DNA of 64,000 bases from Gammaproteobacteria bacterium (GTDB lineage: Bacteria > Pseudomonadota > Gammaproteobacteria > GCA-002705445 > GCA-002716945): contig JBLFWM010000001.1 of NCBI GenBank assembly GCA_047611265.1, forward strand, positions 230,209 through 294,208. The letters run 5' to 3'. Positions 54,866 through 64,000 of the stretch are shown one piece after another; the first letter of the stretch is position 1, and every line of letters starts with the position of its first letter. The notes under the pieces are model-generated. The model was given only the letters and a program-made list of their open reading frames with translations. It did not search any database and was not told the origin of the DNA. Both the position numbers and the translations under genes were made by a program.

Positions 54866-55540
54866 TTAGAAACTATAGCCTAAAGTAAAGACAGCAAACG
54901 TTGTGTCTTTATATTTTGCAGCACCAGTTATGTCATCATCGTTTTTACCAACTTGAAGACCAACATCAGCTCCGGCAAAATTAGTACTATAATCTACTGT
55001 CCAAACATTACCTTTGAGTGTATCGCCACCCCATGCACCTACTGCAAGAGTTAAAGGCAAGCCAACTCCATCTAAAGCTAATGATATAGAAGTATATTGG
55101 TAAGAATCATTAGTAGCAGTTTTATATTTACCAGTAGAATGATCTACTGAAACTGCACCCATAGCGATTCCCATATTAACTTCTTCATAATCACTGTCAA
55201 AGTTATCAGTATAATAGTACCCAGTAGCACCAACATACAGATCAGCACCTATAGCACTAAAACCATAACCTGCATAGTAATCATGCTCGAGGCCAGTGTC
55301 TACATCAGCCCACCATGTGCCAAGATAAAAGCCTCCATTTTCATAGTCAGCTCCAAAGCTAACTGCTGATGTGCTTTGATAAACACCTCTATACCAGTAA
55401 TCTGACATATAACCAACGTTGTAACTAACCGAAGATTCTTCTTCAACAACCGCTGCTGATTCAGATGCAACAGCGAAAGGTACAGACATTGTGACTGCCA
55501 TAACAACTGATAAAAATTTACTCATTAATTTATTCATCAT
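54866..55540 (-). CDS. outer-membrane beta-barrel protein, TorF/Gcw_chp-like putative porin
   Basis: Signal peptide, Gly/Tyr/Asp-rich alternating beta-strand pattern, C-terminal aromatic …TLGYSF. Small beta-barrels of this type are commonly encoded upstream of glnK-amtB. Confidence 0.5.
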   Translation of the reverse strand: MMNKLMSKFLSVVMAVTMSVPFAVASESAAVVEEESSVSYNVGYMSDYWYRGVYQSTSAVSFGADYENGGFYLGTWWADVDTGLEHDYYAGYGFSAIGADLYVGATGYYYTDNFDSDYEEVNMGIAMGAVSVDHSTGKYKTATNDSYQYTSISLALDGVGLPLTLAVGAWGGDTLKGNVWTVDYSTNFAGADVGLQVGKNDDDITGAAKYKDTTFAVFTLGYSF

Positions 55541-55629
55541 ATTTTCTCCATTTATATTATAATCATTTCAAGTTTTAAATTTCAGTTCGACGCTTATCAG
55601 TGATAAAAGTCTAGCTTCGTTATACATAA

Positions 55630-55645
55630 TGCATATACCATGCCA
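55630..55645 (-). promoter_or_regulatory. sigma54 (-24/-12) promoter-like element TGGCAT-N6-ATGCA directed toward porin-glnK-amtB
   Basis: Minus-strand reading is TGGCATGGTATATGCA. GG and GC are at the exact 12-nt spacing of the consensus TGGCAC-N5-TTGCA. It lies about 90 nt upstream of the porin start codon. Confidence 0.45.
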
Positions 55646-55765
55646 ACATAACTTTATTAAATAATATATATCTGTATATGTATTAAATATGGCGCATGAT
55701 ATAATATTTTAATCAATACAATAAATGCTTATAAGCGCATTATAATAATATAATCGCGCGCAATG

Positions 55766-55782
55766 TGCTCAAAATAGGTGCA
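55766..55782. promoter_or_regulatory. NtrC-like dyad TGCTCA-N5-GGTGCA (possible enhancer-binding site)
   Basis: Resembles the NtrC consensus TGCACC-N5-GGTGCA (one perfect and one 4/6 half-site). About 120 nt upstream of the sigma54-like element. The dyad is GC-rich within a very AT-rich spacer. Confidence 0.2.
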
Positions 55783-55787
55783 AAGAT

Positions 55788-56006
55788 ATGAATTCAAAAA
55801 CAATATTAGAACTTGTTGGTAAAATAGAAAAATTAATACCATCTAATGAGAGCGGAATTAAAGATGATATAAAATCGAATATTAAAATATTAATTGAAGA
55901 CTATTTACATAAATTAAACTTAGTGACTAGGGAAGAATTTGATATACAGCAAAAGGTACTTCTTAAAACTAGGCTTAAAATAGAAGAGTTAGAAAAGAAA
56001 TTATAA
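55788..56006 (+). CDS. ubiK: ubiquinone biosynthesis accessory factor UbiK (YqiC/BMFP family)
   Basis: 72 aa coiled-coil; LVTREEFDIQQKVLLKTRLKIEELEKKL parallels E. coli YqiC ([28 protein letters not shown]). Confidence 0.75.
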   Translation: MNSKTILELVGKIEKLIPSNESGIKDDIKSNIKILIEDYLHKLNLVTREEFDIQQKVLLKTRLKIEELEKKL

Positions 56007-56007
56007 A

Positions 56008-56505
56008 TTAATTAGACTCAGATAAAATATAGTCTACCGCTGACTTAATTTCATTATCAGATAAAGAGCTTACTCCACCTTTCGCAGGCATAATTCCTAT
56101 CCCATTTATGGCACTAGCATAAAGAGCATCTTTCCCTTTTGCTAATCTATCTGACCATTGGCTATTATTACCAATTACAGGAGCACCAGCTGCTCCACTA
56201 GTATGGCATGACATGCAGACAGTATTATAAACTTCTTTAGCAGTAAGAATTTTTGTTTCAGAAACACTTGCTACCATTACTTCCTGCTTAATAGAAGGGT
56301 TACTTGCTAGATTTATTTTTCCTGATGGTGCTATTCTTTGATTAGTATCACTTTGTATTTGAACTTTATAGTTTTCACTTGCACTAGATGCGTATCCAGC
56401 AAAAACATTAGAGAGAATAGCTATAAAAATAGCTAACCCTATAATTATTACCGATACTATTGCAAAGACCTTATAAAATTCTGCGTCTGTTACTTTATGT
56501 TCCAT
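56008..56505 (-). CDS. membrane-anchored mono-heme cytochrome c5-type protein
   Basis: N-terminal TM anchor, a long Ser/Ala linker, and the C-terminal heme site CMSCHTSGAAGAP with downstream Met (GIMPAKGG), typical of c5/CycB-like cytochromes. Confidence 0.7.
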   Translation of the reverse strand: MEHKVTDAEFYKVFAIVSVIIIGLAIFIAILSNVFAGYASSASENYKVQIQSDTNQRIAPSGKINLASNPSIKQEVMVASVSETKILTAKEVYNTVCMSCHTSGAAGAPVIGNNSQWSDRLAKGKDALYASAINGIGIMPAKGGVSSLSDNEIKSAVDYILSESN

Positions 56506-56577
56506 ATTAGAGATTTTTCCATGTTTTCTTTCTTGTGTAGATTATACTAAAAGAAATAATAAATTCATCATAAATTT

Positions 56578-56651
56578 GCGTCTGTAGCTCAGTTGGATAG
56601 AGCATTAGCTTCCGAAGCTAAAGGTCAGAAGTTCGAATCTTCTCAGGCGCT
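56578..56651 (+). tRNA. tRNA-Arg (anticodon CCG), CCA not encoded, U at discriminator position
   Basis: Sequence: GCGTCTGTAGCTCAGTTGGATAGAGCATTAGCTTCCGAAGCTAAAGGTCAGAAGTTCGAATCTTCTCAGGCGCT. Structure: 7-bp acceptor (one G-U), D-arm GCTC/GAGC with A20, anticodon loop TTCCGAA (U33, CCG, A37), T-loop TTCGAAT. The last base overlaps the folD stop codon. Confidence 0.85.
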
Positions 56652-57499
56652 CAACCAATCCTTTCAGCTGCAATTATAGTATTTTCAATTAAAGCGCAAA
56701 CTGTCATGGGGCCAACGCCACCAGGTACAGGAGTTATCGCCGAAGCTTTTTGTGATGCAGACTCAAAATCAACATCTCCACATAATTTACCATCTATATT
56801 ATGAATTCCAACATCAATAACAATGCAACCCTCTGGTATCTGGTCTCCATTAATAAATTTAGGTATACCTACAGCAACTATAACAACATCTGCATCTGCC
56901 AACTTAGAGTTAAGATCTTTAGTGCGAGAATGACATATCGTTACAGTAGCATGCTGTTGTAAACACAATATTGCGACTGGTTTGCCTACAATATTTGATC
57001 TACCTACGACTGTCACATTTTTCCCACTTAAATTGGTACCCGTAGATGCCAGCATCTGCATTATCCCTTTAGGCGTGCATGATACCAATGTATCTTCACC
57101 TAAGAATAATTTACCTACATTTGTTGGGGTGAAACCATCAACATCTTTTGACGGATCAATTTTATTTAAAATTTTTGTAACAGATATATGGTCTGGTAAT
57201 GGCAGTTGAACTATAACCCCATGTATACTCTTATCATTATTAATATTATCAATTTGATTTAAAATTTCTTCTTCTGTAACAGTTGCTTCAAATCTCATAA
57301 TATCAGATTCTATTCCTGCTTTTACAGCAAATTTTTCTTTCTGTGCAACATAACTAGCTGACGCTTTCATGTCACCCACCAACATAACAATTAACTTTGG
57401 TTTAATATTTTTCTTATTGAGTTCTAGTACTTTATTTTTTAGATCAGTTGTCAATATGATTTCTGCAACTTCTCTTCCACTTATAACTTTAGCAACCAT
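56651..57499 (-). CDS. folD: bifunctional methylenetetrahydrofolate dehydrogenase/cyclohydrolase
   Basis: 282 aa; …KLIVMLVGDMKASASYV…GVIVQLPLP…VVGRSNIVGKPVA… typical FolD. Confidence 0.9.
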   Translation of the reverse strand: MVAKVISGREVAEIILTTDLKNKVLELNKKNIKPKLIVMLVGDMKASASYVAQKEKFAVKAGIESDIMRFEATVTEEEILNQIDNINNDKSIHGVIVQLPLPDHISVTKILNKIDPSKDVDGFTPTNVGKLFLGEDTLVSCTPKGIMQMLASTGTNLSGKNVTVVGRSNIVGKPVAILCLQQHATVTICHSRTKDLNSKLADADVVIVAVGIPKFINGDQIPEGCIVIDVGIHNIDGKLCGDVDFESASQKASAITPVPGGVGPMTVCALIENTIIAAERIG

Positions 57500-57516
57500 T
57501 TTTCTCTCCTATGAAA

Positions 57517-58131
57517 TCAATTTAACCTTTCTTTATCTACTAATAGCTGAACAACATCATATAGCTCTTGATACGAGCTAACATGTGAGCCACTAGTTTT
57601 ATATTTACCGTTTATAACCAATGTGGGTACAGATTTAATCTGATATTGATTAGCCAATCTTGATGCTTTTTTGATACGAATTTCTGTTCCAAATGAATCT
57701 AAAATCTTCAGGAACTTATCAGCATCATAACCTTCTTCTTTTATAAAATTAGCTAACTTTTCTTTTGTATCTAATCTATTACTATTTACATGTATTTCAG
57801 CAAATACTTTCTCATGAAGATTATCATCTAATTTCATTTGTTGAAGAGCATAATAGGCTTTAGCGTGGAGTTCCCAAGAATCTCTAAGTGCAACCGGTAC
57901 TTTAATTAATATCGTATCTTTATCTAAATTCGACTCTATATCATTTATTGTAGGCTCTAGACTATAACAATGAGGGCAACCGTACCAAAAAAATTCATAT
58001 ATCACTACCTTATCGCTTTCCGTTTGTTTTTGATTTGATATTTGAACATATTTCTGCGAAGAATCTGCGGCCATAGTAAAGCCACTAAATACTAATGTTA
58101 GCACTATTGATACAAGGGATAATACTCTCAT
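57517..58131 (-). CDS. dsbA: thiol:disulfide interchange protein DsbA
   Basis: Signal peptide, CPHCY active site, thioredoxin fold, about 200 aa. Adjacent to cytochrome c4, as in Pseudomonas. Confidence 0.85.
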   Translation of the reverse strand: MRVLSLVSIVLTLVFSGFTMAADSSQKYVQISNQKQTESDKVVIYEFFWYGCPHCYSLEPTINDIESNLDKDTILIKVPVALRDSWELHAKAYYALQQMKLDDNLHEKVFAEIHVNSNRLDTKEKLANFIKEEGYDADKFLKILDSFGTEIRIKKASRLANQYQIKSVPTLVINGKYKTSGSHVSSYQELYDVVQLLVDKERLN

Positions 58132-58745
58132 TAGTGAAGTCCTTGAATATACTGGGCAACTGACTTGATCTCTTCATCAGTCATACGGTGGACAATATTT
58201 CTCATCATTTTATTTGGATCATTTAATCTCTTGCTGCTTTGAAAATTTTTAAGCTGGGAATAAATATATTCAGAATGTTGACCTGATAAAACAGGTATAG
58301 CTGCTGGACCATTTCCATCTCCATTTGGACCATGACATGCAATACAAGCTTGTATTTTATATTCCATGTTACCACCTCTGTAAATATTCTGGCCTAATTC
58401 AAAAGAGTCATCTGCTGTTGTTCCTATGGATTTATCAAGAGACTCATAATAAGTAGAAAGGTCATCAATATCTTCATCTGAAAGTGCCATAGATATTCCA
58501 TACATAATCGCATTATTTCTTTTGCCTTCTGGGCCTTTCTTAAATTCATGTAATTGAGATGCTAAATATGACTGATGCTGGCCTGCTAATTTAGGCCATA
58601 TAGGACTAACGCTAATACCATCTTGGCCATGGCATGCAATACAAGTTATGCTTTTTTCTTTCCCCTTGCCAATATCCCCTGCATTAATATTAGCGGCAAA
58701 TATAATGAAGAACGATGTTGCAATATATAGTGATATTTTATTCAT
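58131..58745 (-). CDS. di-heme cytochrome c4
   Basis: Signal peptide and two CxxCH sites (CIACHGQDG and CIACHGPNG), each followed by a Met-containing segment. About 200 aa. Confidence 0.85.
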   Translation of the reverse strand: MNKISLYIATSFFIIFAANINAGDIGKGKEKSITCIACHGQDGISVSPIWPKLAGQHQSYLASQLHEFKKGPEGKRNNAIMYGISMALSDEDIDDLSTYYESLDKSIGTTADDSFELGQNIYRGGNMEYKIQACIACHGPNGDGNGPAAIPVLSGQHSEYIYSQLKNFQSSKRLNDPNKMMRNIVHRMTDEEIKSVAQYIQGLH

Positions 58746-58801
58746 AACTCAGGGGATATTATATAGCATCATAATGATACTTCAAATCATCTCTTTCAGT
58801 T

Positions 58802-61498
58802 TTAATGGGCTTTATCCCAATTATTCCCAATACCTAGATCAACTATTAATGGGACGTCTAAGTTATAACATGTAGACATTAATTCTATTATTTTGCTATT
58901 TGCTTCATCCACAAAATTATCTTCTACTTCAAATACAAGCTCATCATGCACTTGCATGATCATTTGTATTGGATAATTACCTTTATTAATCCATTTATCT
59001 ATATTTATCATGGCAATTTTAAGAATATCTGCTGCTGTGCCTTGAATTGGTGCATTGATTGCAGTTCTTTCGGCAGCACTTCTAACCTGAAAGTTACTAT
59101 GAGTAATATTTGGAATATATATTCTTCTACCAAGAAGTGTAGAAGCGTAACCATTTTTCTTCGCTTTAATTTTTATTATATCCATAAATTCCTTTATTCC
59201 GCTATATCTTAAGAAATACTTGTCTATATAGTCTTTGGCAGAACTATTATCAATCTTGAGCTGCTTACTTAAACCATACGATGAGATTCCATAAATTAGA
59301 CCAAAATTAATAGCTTTAGCTGCCCTTCTTTGTTCCTCGCTTGGCTCATCTTTTAACGAGAAAACTTCTTTTGCAGTTGACGCATGAACATCTTCGCCAT
59401 TCATGAAACTTGTGAGTAGATTTTTATCTTGTGAGAGATGAGCCATAACTCTTAACTCAATCTGAGAATAATCAGCCGAGATTATCTTATGCCCTTTTTT
59501 TGCAATAAAAGTCTTTCTAATATTTTTCCCATCTTGTGTTTTTATCGGAATGTTTTGCAAATTTGGATTTGAAGATGACAACCTGCCCGTGATAGTAACG
59601 GTTTGATTATAAGATGTATGCAATCTCTGAGTAGTCTCATTAATCTGTTTGCCTAGCTTGTCTGTATAGGTATTTTTTAGTTTCATTAAATTTCTGAACT
59701 GCAAAATTAATTTAGGGAGTTCATGTATAAGAGACAACTCTTCCATTACCTCTTCGTTTGTTGAAGGCTGTCCCTTTGGTGTCTTTTTTAGAACTGGTAA
59801 GTTTAAATCATTATAAAATATTTCTTGTATTTGTTTAGGTGAACTAATATTGAACTCTTTTTGAGCATGCTTATATACATTTTTTTCAATACCTTTTATC
59901 CTACTGTCAAGATCTTTGCTTTGTTTTTCTAAACTTTCAGCATTAATCATTACTCCGTGCTGCTCAATATTAGCAATGACTTTAACAAGCGGTAATTCCA
60001 CCTGATGATATAAATTAGATTGTTCTTCAAGTGTTAATAGCTTGCCTGATAAATAATTATATAGCCTAAATGTTAAGTCAGCATCTTCGCAGGCATACGG
60101 CACTGCCTCATCAATAGTTACTTCAGAGAAATTTTTTTGTTTGGCACCTGATCCTACAATATCTTTATATTTAATAGTTGTATGGTCTAAGTAACGATCA
60201 GACAAACTATCAAGATCATGTTTTCTAGAAGAATTATATATATAAGAAAGAATCATTGTGTCCTCTATCTGGCAATTAAACGCAATATTATACTTATGCA
60301 GGACATTCATATCATATTTTAAGTTTTGACCTATGACTTTTATATCTTTATTAGAAAAAAGCTCTCTAAGATAATCATAAAACTTGTCTTTTTCTATTTT
60401 TAGATTTCCATTAGAATCATCATGATTTATGGGTATATAAAAAGCCTCTTGCTCTTTGAAAGAAAAAGATACCCCAACAAGTTGAGCTTCCATTGCATTC
60501 AAAGATGTTGTTTCAGTATCAAATGAAAATACTTTGTATTTTTTTAGATTTGCTATTAATTTAACTAAACCTTCTTCACTATCAATCAAACTATACGAAG
60601 ATTTTTTATTTTCTTTCTTCTGGTTTTCTTCGATAGAAAAATAATCTGTGCTATTTTTAAGCTCATACTTTGATGCAATTTCGGAAAGCCTACTCTCATC
60701 TCTCTTCCCTATAATATACTTGTTTAAATCTAAGTTTATATCCACGTCTGTTTTTAATTTTATTAGTTTTTTAGCCAACTCTATTGTCTGAGAAGACTTC
60801 CCTAAATTTTCTTGAACCTTGCCTTTAAGTAAATCTATGTTTTCAATGATTCCATCAATAGATCCATATTTTTCTAACAAGGTTACGGCAGTCTTTGGCC
60901 CAATCTTATCGACTCCAGGTATATTGTCAGATGTATCCCCTACTAATACTAAATAATCAAAGATTTTCTCAGGGTGGACTCCAAATTTATCTATAACTCC
61001 TTTAATATCAAGTCGTTTTTCATCCATGCTATTTATCAAAGTTACATTATCATTTACTAGCTGAGCCAAATCTTTATCACCTGAAGAAATGATAACATTT
61101 ATATTTTTACCATAATCAAAAGCAGCTAATGTTCCTATAACATCATCAGCCTCAACATTAGGAACCTGGAGCACTTTGATGCCTAGGCTTTCAATGAACT
61201 GTATAATTGGAAGAACCTGTTCTGATAGCTCTACAGGCATAGATGATCTATTTGCCTTATAATCTTTGTAAATTTTGTGGCGAAAATTCTTACCCTTAGC
61301 ATCAAATATTACACATAAATATTTTGGGTTATGCAACCTAATTAACTTAGAGAGCATGTTAGTCACACCATAAATAGCTCCTGTAGGATCACCTTTAGCA
61401 TTTTTTAGATGCGGGAGAGCATAAAAAGCTCTATATAAATAGGATGAACCATCAACTAATACGAAATTATTTACATTTTTATCAACCAAAATACCCAA
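58802..61498 (-). CDS. polA: DNA polymerase I
   Basis: 898 aa. N-terminal 5'-3' exonuclease, 3'-5' exo domain, and polymerase motifs (…RRAAKAINFGLIYG…, …QVHDELVFEV…). Confidence 0.95.
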   Translation of the reverse strand: MGILVDKNVNNFVLVDGSSYLYRAFYALPHLKNAKGDPTGAIYGVTNMLSKLIRLHNPKYLCVIFDAKGKNFRHKIYKDYKANRSSMPVELSEQVLPIIQFIESLGIKVLQVPNVEADDVIGTLAAFDYGKNINVIISSGDKDLAQLVNDNVTLINSMDEKRLDIKGVIDKFGVHPEKIFDYLVLVGDTSDNIPGVDKIGPKTAVTLLEKYGSIDGIIENIDLLKGKVQENLGKSSQTIELAKKLIKLKTDVDINLDLNKYIIGKRDESRLSEIASKYELKNSTDYFSIEENQKKENKKSSYSLIDSEEGLVKLIANLKKYKVFSFDTETTSLNAMEAQLVGVSFSFKEQEAFYIPINHDDSNGNLKIEKDKFYDYLRELFSNKDIKVIGQNLKYDMNVLHKYNIAFNCQIEDTMILSYIYNSSRKHDLDSLSDRYLDHTTIKYKDIVGSGAKQKNFSEVTIDEAVPYACEDADLTFRLYNYLSGKLLTLEEQSNLYHQVELPLVKVIANIEQHGVMINAESLEKQSKDLDSRIKGIEKNVYKHAQKEFNISSPKQIQEIFYNDLNLPVLKKTPKGQPSTNEEVMEELSLIHELPKLILQFRNLMKLKNTYTDKLGKQINETTQRLHTSYNQTVTITGRLSSSNPNLQNIPIKTQDGKNIRKTFIAKKGHKIISADYSQIELRVMAHLSQDKNLLTSFMNGEDVHASTAKEVFSLKDEPSEEQRRAAKAINFGLIYGISSYGLSKQLKIDNSSAKDYIDKYFLRYSGIKEFMDIIKIKAKKNGYASTLLGRRIYIPNITHSNFQVRSAAERTAINAPIQGTAADILKIAMINIDKWINKGNYPIQMIMQVHDELVFEVEDNFVDEANSKIIELMSTCYNLDVPLIVDLGIGNNWDKAH

Positions 61499-61554
61499 AC
61501 CTATGTTAAGTTTATTTCATTCAAAAGTTATAACTTAAAAAATTTGAAATAGCT

Positions 61555-62490
61555 ATGTCTGTATATACTAAAATTACTGAAGATGAACTTTCTAAACACC
61601 TGTTAGGATATTCTATAGGGACAGCAATCAGTCTTACGGGTATTTCTGATGGGATTGAAAATACTAACTATCTTCTAAAAACTGATCAAAATGAGTTTAT
61701 ATTTACAATTTTTGAAAATATAAAAAAAGAAGATGTGGGCCAATATTTAGATTTTATGAATCATTTGAGTGATAGAGGGTTAGTGTGCCCAAATGTTTTA
61801 AAATCTAATAATAAAGAGTTATCTGTAATAATAAATGGTAAGCCATCAGCAATTATTGAAAAGCTTAGTGGGAAATCTATTATAGATACAAATCCTGATA
61901 GTTGCATATTGATCGGGAATTTACTTTCAGAATTTCATACTTTTGGTTCAGATTTTAAAAAAGATATAAAAAATTCAAGAGACATTCGCTGGTGCGTAAA
62001 ATCATATGATAAATTAACTGCGGTTATTGAAGATGATCAGGTAAAACTAATTGAACAAGCAATAAGTATTCAAAAAGAATTTTTAACTCAAAGTTTGCCT
62101 GTGGGCACGATACATGCAGACTTATTCAGGGATAATGTATTGTTTGACAGGAATAAGATTTCTGGAATGATTGATTTTTATTACTCGTGTCGTGGATTTT
62201 TAATTTATGACTTGGCTGTAGTTGTTAATGATTGGTGCACTGCTCTAGACGGTACGATTATAAATGAAAAATATATAAAACTCATTGAAGCTTATATGAA
62301 AAAAGGAAGTGTTCAAGATTTAGAAAAAAAATATTGGCGCCATGCCCTAGTCTCTGCAGCCCTAAGATTTTACTTATCCAGACTACTAGATCTTCATTTT
62401 CCTAAAATTGGAGAGATGACACATATAAAAGATCCTCTAATATTTGAAAATATACTCAAAGATAGAATAAATACATCATATCAACTCTAA
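61555..62490 (+). CDS. thrB: homoserine kinase, APH-fold type II (Pseudomonas-type ThrB)
   Basis: 311 aa. Aminoglycoside-phosphotransferase-like motifs (GISDGIENTNYLL; catalytic HADLFRDNVLFD; DFYYSC). Divergent from polA, as Pseudomonas thrB is. Confidence 0.7.
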   Translation: MSVYTKITEDELSKHLLGYSIGTAISLTGISDGIENTNYLLKTDQNEFIFTIFENIKKEDVGQYLDFMNHLSDRGLVCPNVLKSNNKELSVIINGKPSAIIEKLSGKSIIDTNPDSCILIGNLLSEFHTFGSDFKKDIKNSRDIRWCVKSYDKLTAVIEDDQVKLIEQAISIQKEFLTQSLPVGTIHADLFRDNVLFDRNKISGMIDFYYSCRGFLIYDLAVVVNDWCTALDGTIINEKYIKLIEAYMKKGSVQDLEKKYWRHALVSAALRFYLSRLLDLHFPKIGEMTHIKDPLIFENILKDRINTSYQL

Positions 62491-62492
62491 AT

Positions 62493-62993
62493 ATGTCGAA
62501 TTTTGACAAAATTATTGATAGTTTAATTGAAAATATCTGTAATATTCTCATGGTTCTTTTACTCATGATGATATTGATGGTTTTCATAAGTATAGTATTC
62601 AGATATTTCTTTAATATAAGTTCTGCATCTTTGCAAGAATTAATTATGTACTTCCATGCCATAATATTTATGTTTGGTATAAGTTATACACTAAAAGAAA
62701 ATGGGCATGTAAGAATTGATATTATCTTTAATACTTTCCCGAAGAAGGTTCAGTCTTATATTTCAATAATTGGAATATTATTATTTATTTTTCCAATGTC
62801 ATTTTTTTTGATATATATGAGCATGGGTATGGTTATTCAGTCATGGCTTATTCTTGAAGGATCTAGTGAGGCAGGTGGTTTAAATCTAGTATTTATTTTA
62901 AAGACAATTATACCATTAACTGGATTTCTCATTCTACTCCAATCATCATCTCAATTATCAAAATTAATCAAAGAGTGTAGAAATGAATATTGA
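62493..62993 (+). CDS. dctQ: TRAP transporter small permease (DctQ family)
   Basis: 166 aa, 4-TM. Immediately followed by, and overlapping, a DctM-type large permease. Confidence 0.7.
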   Translation: MSNFDKIIDSLIENICNILMVLLLMMILMVFISIVFRYFFNISSASLQELIMYFHAIIFMFGISYTLKENGHVRIDIIFNTFPKKVQSYISIIGILLFIFPMSFFLIYMSMGMVIQSWLILEGSSEAGGLNLVFILKTIIPLTGFLILLQSSSQLSKLIKECRNEY

Positions 62994-64000
62994 AATATTT
63001 GCAATTATATTTATTTTATTTACTTTTATAATATTGCTTTCTGGTATTCCTGTAGCTTTTGTTTTATCTGGTAGCGCCTTATTATTTTCATCGATTGGAA
63101 TTATGTTCGGTGTATTTGACTACTCGTACTTGCTTGCGGTGCCAAACAGAATTTTAGGAATAATGTCTAATCAAAATTTACTAGCAGTGCCATTATTTAT
63201 TTTTATGGGTTTAGTTTTAGAAAAAACAAAAATTGCTGAAGAATTATTGATGGCAATGAATATGTTATATAAAAATACTAATGGAGGTTTTGCCATATCA
63301 GTGGTATTAGTTGGTGCATTAATGGGTGCGAGTACTGGTATTGTTGGGGCTAGTGTTGTCACCCTGGGATTACTTTCACTGCCAGTCATGATTAAAAATA
63401 ACTACCCTAGACCTTTAGCATGTGGTGTGATTTGCGCATCTGGAACGTTAGGGCAAATAATTCCACCATCATTAGTGTTAATCTTGCTTGCAGATGTACT
63501 ATCATCGGCATACCAACAAGCACAATTAAATCTTGGAATATTTACACCAGAGACAGTCACTATATCTGATTTATTTGCTGGCGCACTGATACCAGGCTTG
63601 TTATTACCAGTAATGTTTATTTTCTATATAAAGTCTTTAAAGATAAACAATGTTAGTCAAAATATTACAAAAAGTGCTACTGAAAATATAAGTTTAGCTT
63701 CTTCATTTTTTCCTCCAATATTGTTAATAGTAACTGTTTTAGGGTCAATAGTTTTAGGAATTGCTACTCCATCTGAAGCAGCTTCATTAGGAGCTATCGG
63801 TTCTTTGCTGATAGCTTTTACAAAAAATAAATTATCTTTTAATATTATTAAAAATACCTCAAAGGGAACAATTAAGCTAACAAGCATGGTGTTTTTAATA
63901 CTTATTGGTGCAACATTTTTTTCTTTAGTCTTTAGAGGTTTTGAGGGGGAAGAATTAATTCAAAATCTACTATCACATGGTCCAGAAAATAAATATCTAT
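62983..64000 (+). CDS. dctM: TRAP transporter large permease (DctM family), 3' end beyond window
   Basis: ATG at 62983 overlaps the dctQ stop by 11 nt. Manual translation gives MNIEIFAIIFILFTFIILLSGIPVAFVLSGSALLFSSIG…GASTGIVGASVVTLGLLSLP…, typical DctM. The frame stays open to the window end. Confidence 0.85.
   Translation, partial: MNIEIFAIIFILFTFIILLSGIPVAFVLSGSALLFSSIGIMFGVFDYSYLLAVPNRILGIMSNQNLLAVPLFIFMGLVLEKTKIAEELLMAMNMLYKNTNGGFAISVVLVGALMGASTGIVGASVVTLGLLSLPVMIKNNYPRPLACGVICASGTLGQIIPPSLVLILLADVLSSAYQQAQLNLGIFTPETVTISDLFAGALIPGLLLPVMFIFYIKSLKINNVSQNITKSATENISLASSFFPPILLIVTVLGSIVLGIATPSEAASLGAIGSLLIAFTKNKLSFNIIKNTSKGTIKLTSMVFLILIGATFFSLVFRGFEGEELIQNLLSHGPENKYL

Overview
This 64 kb window is a dense block of core housekeeping genes from a very AT-rich, streamlined gammaproteobacterium, with no mobile elements, CRISPR arrays, integrases or defence systems. 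Many adjacent genes overlap by 1-17 nt. I count about 62 protein-coding genes and two tRNAs. Several blocks keep Pseudomonas-like order: the aa3 oxidase cluster, gshB-ruvX-pyrB-yggS-proC-yggT-metX-metW, cc4-dsbA and polA-thrB.

Genes, left to right:
- a 3'-truncated M16 zinc peptidase and rpoH
- a complete aa3-type cytochrome c oxidase biogenesis cluster on the minus strand (ctaC-ctaD-ctaG-ctaE, a small 2-TM ORF, SURF1, an SCO1-like protein, ctaA, cyoE)
- bioH-bioC, plsY, tsaD
- a rearranged rpsU/dnaG locus with gltD-hemE-aroK-aroB-gltB inserted before dnaG
- a SAM-cycle block (metK-ahcY-bioA-rsmE)
- gshA-like/gshB-ruvX-pyrB-yggS-proC-yggT-metX-metW
- a TerB-like protein, hspQ and a TPR + 2OG-Fe(II)-oxygenase fusion protein abutting tRNA-Phe
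- yggX-mutY, an AsmA-like protein, moaC, rdgB, an M48/LysM lipoprotein peptidase, xni, a PPi-dependent phosphofructokinase, hemH and a small HNH nuclease
- priA, argS, a HAD hydrolase, speD/speE
- a putative sigma54-driven porin-glnK-amtB operon, ubiK, cytochrome c5, tRNA-Arg(CCG), folD, dsbA, cytochrome c4, polA, an APH-type thrB and TRAP dctQM

Nothing here reads as a novel multi-gene system. The observations most worth a second look are:
- a cluster of four consensus DnaA boxes, including a perfect palindromic pair, in the 450-bp gap upstream of priA
- a sigma54 promoter-like element with an NtrC-like dyad upstream of a TorF-type porin-glnK-amtB unit
- the TPR/2OG-oxygenase protein, whose predicted ORF was artificially extended through a tRNA-Phe gene
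- an HNH nuclease translationally coupled to hemH
- the insertion of glutamate synthase/hemE/aro genes into the rpsU-dnaG operon, with no rpoD after dnaG
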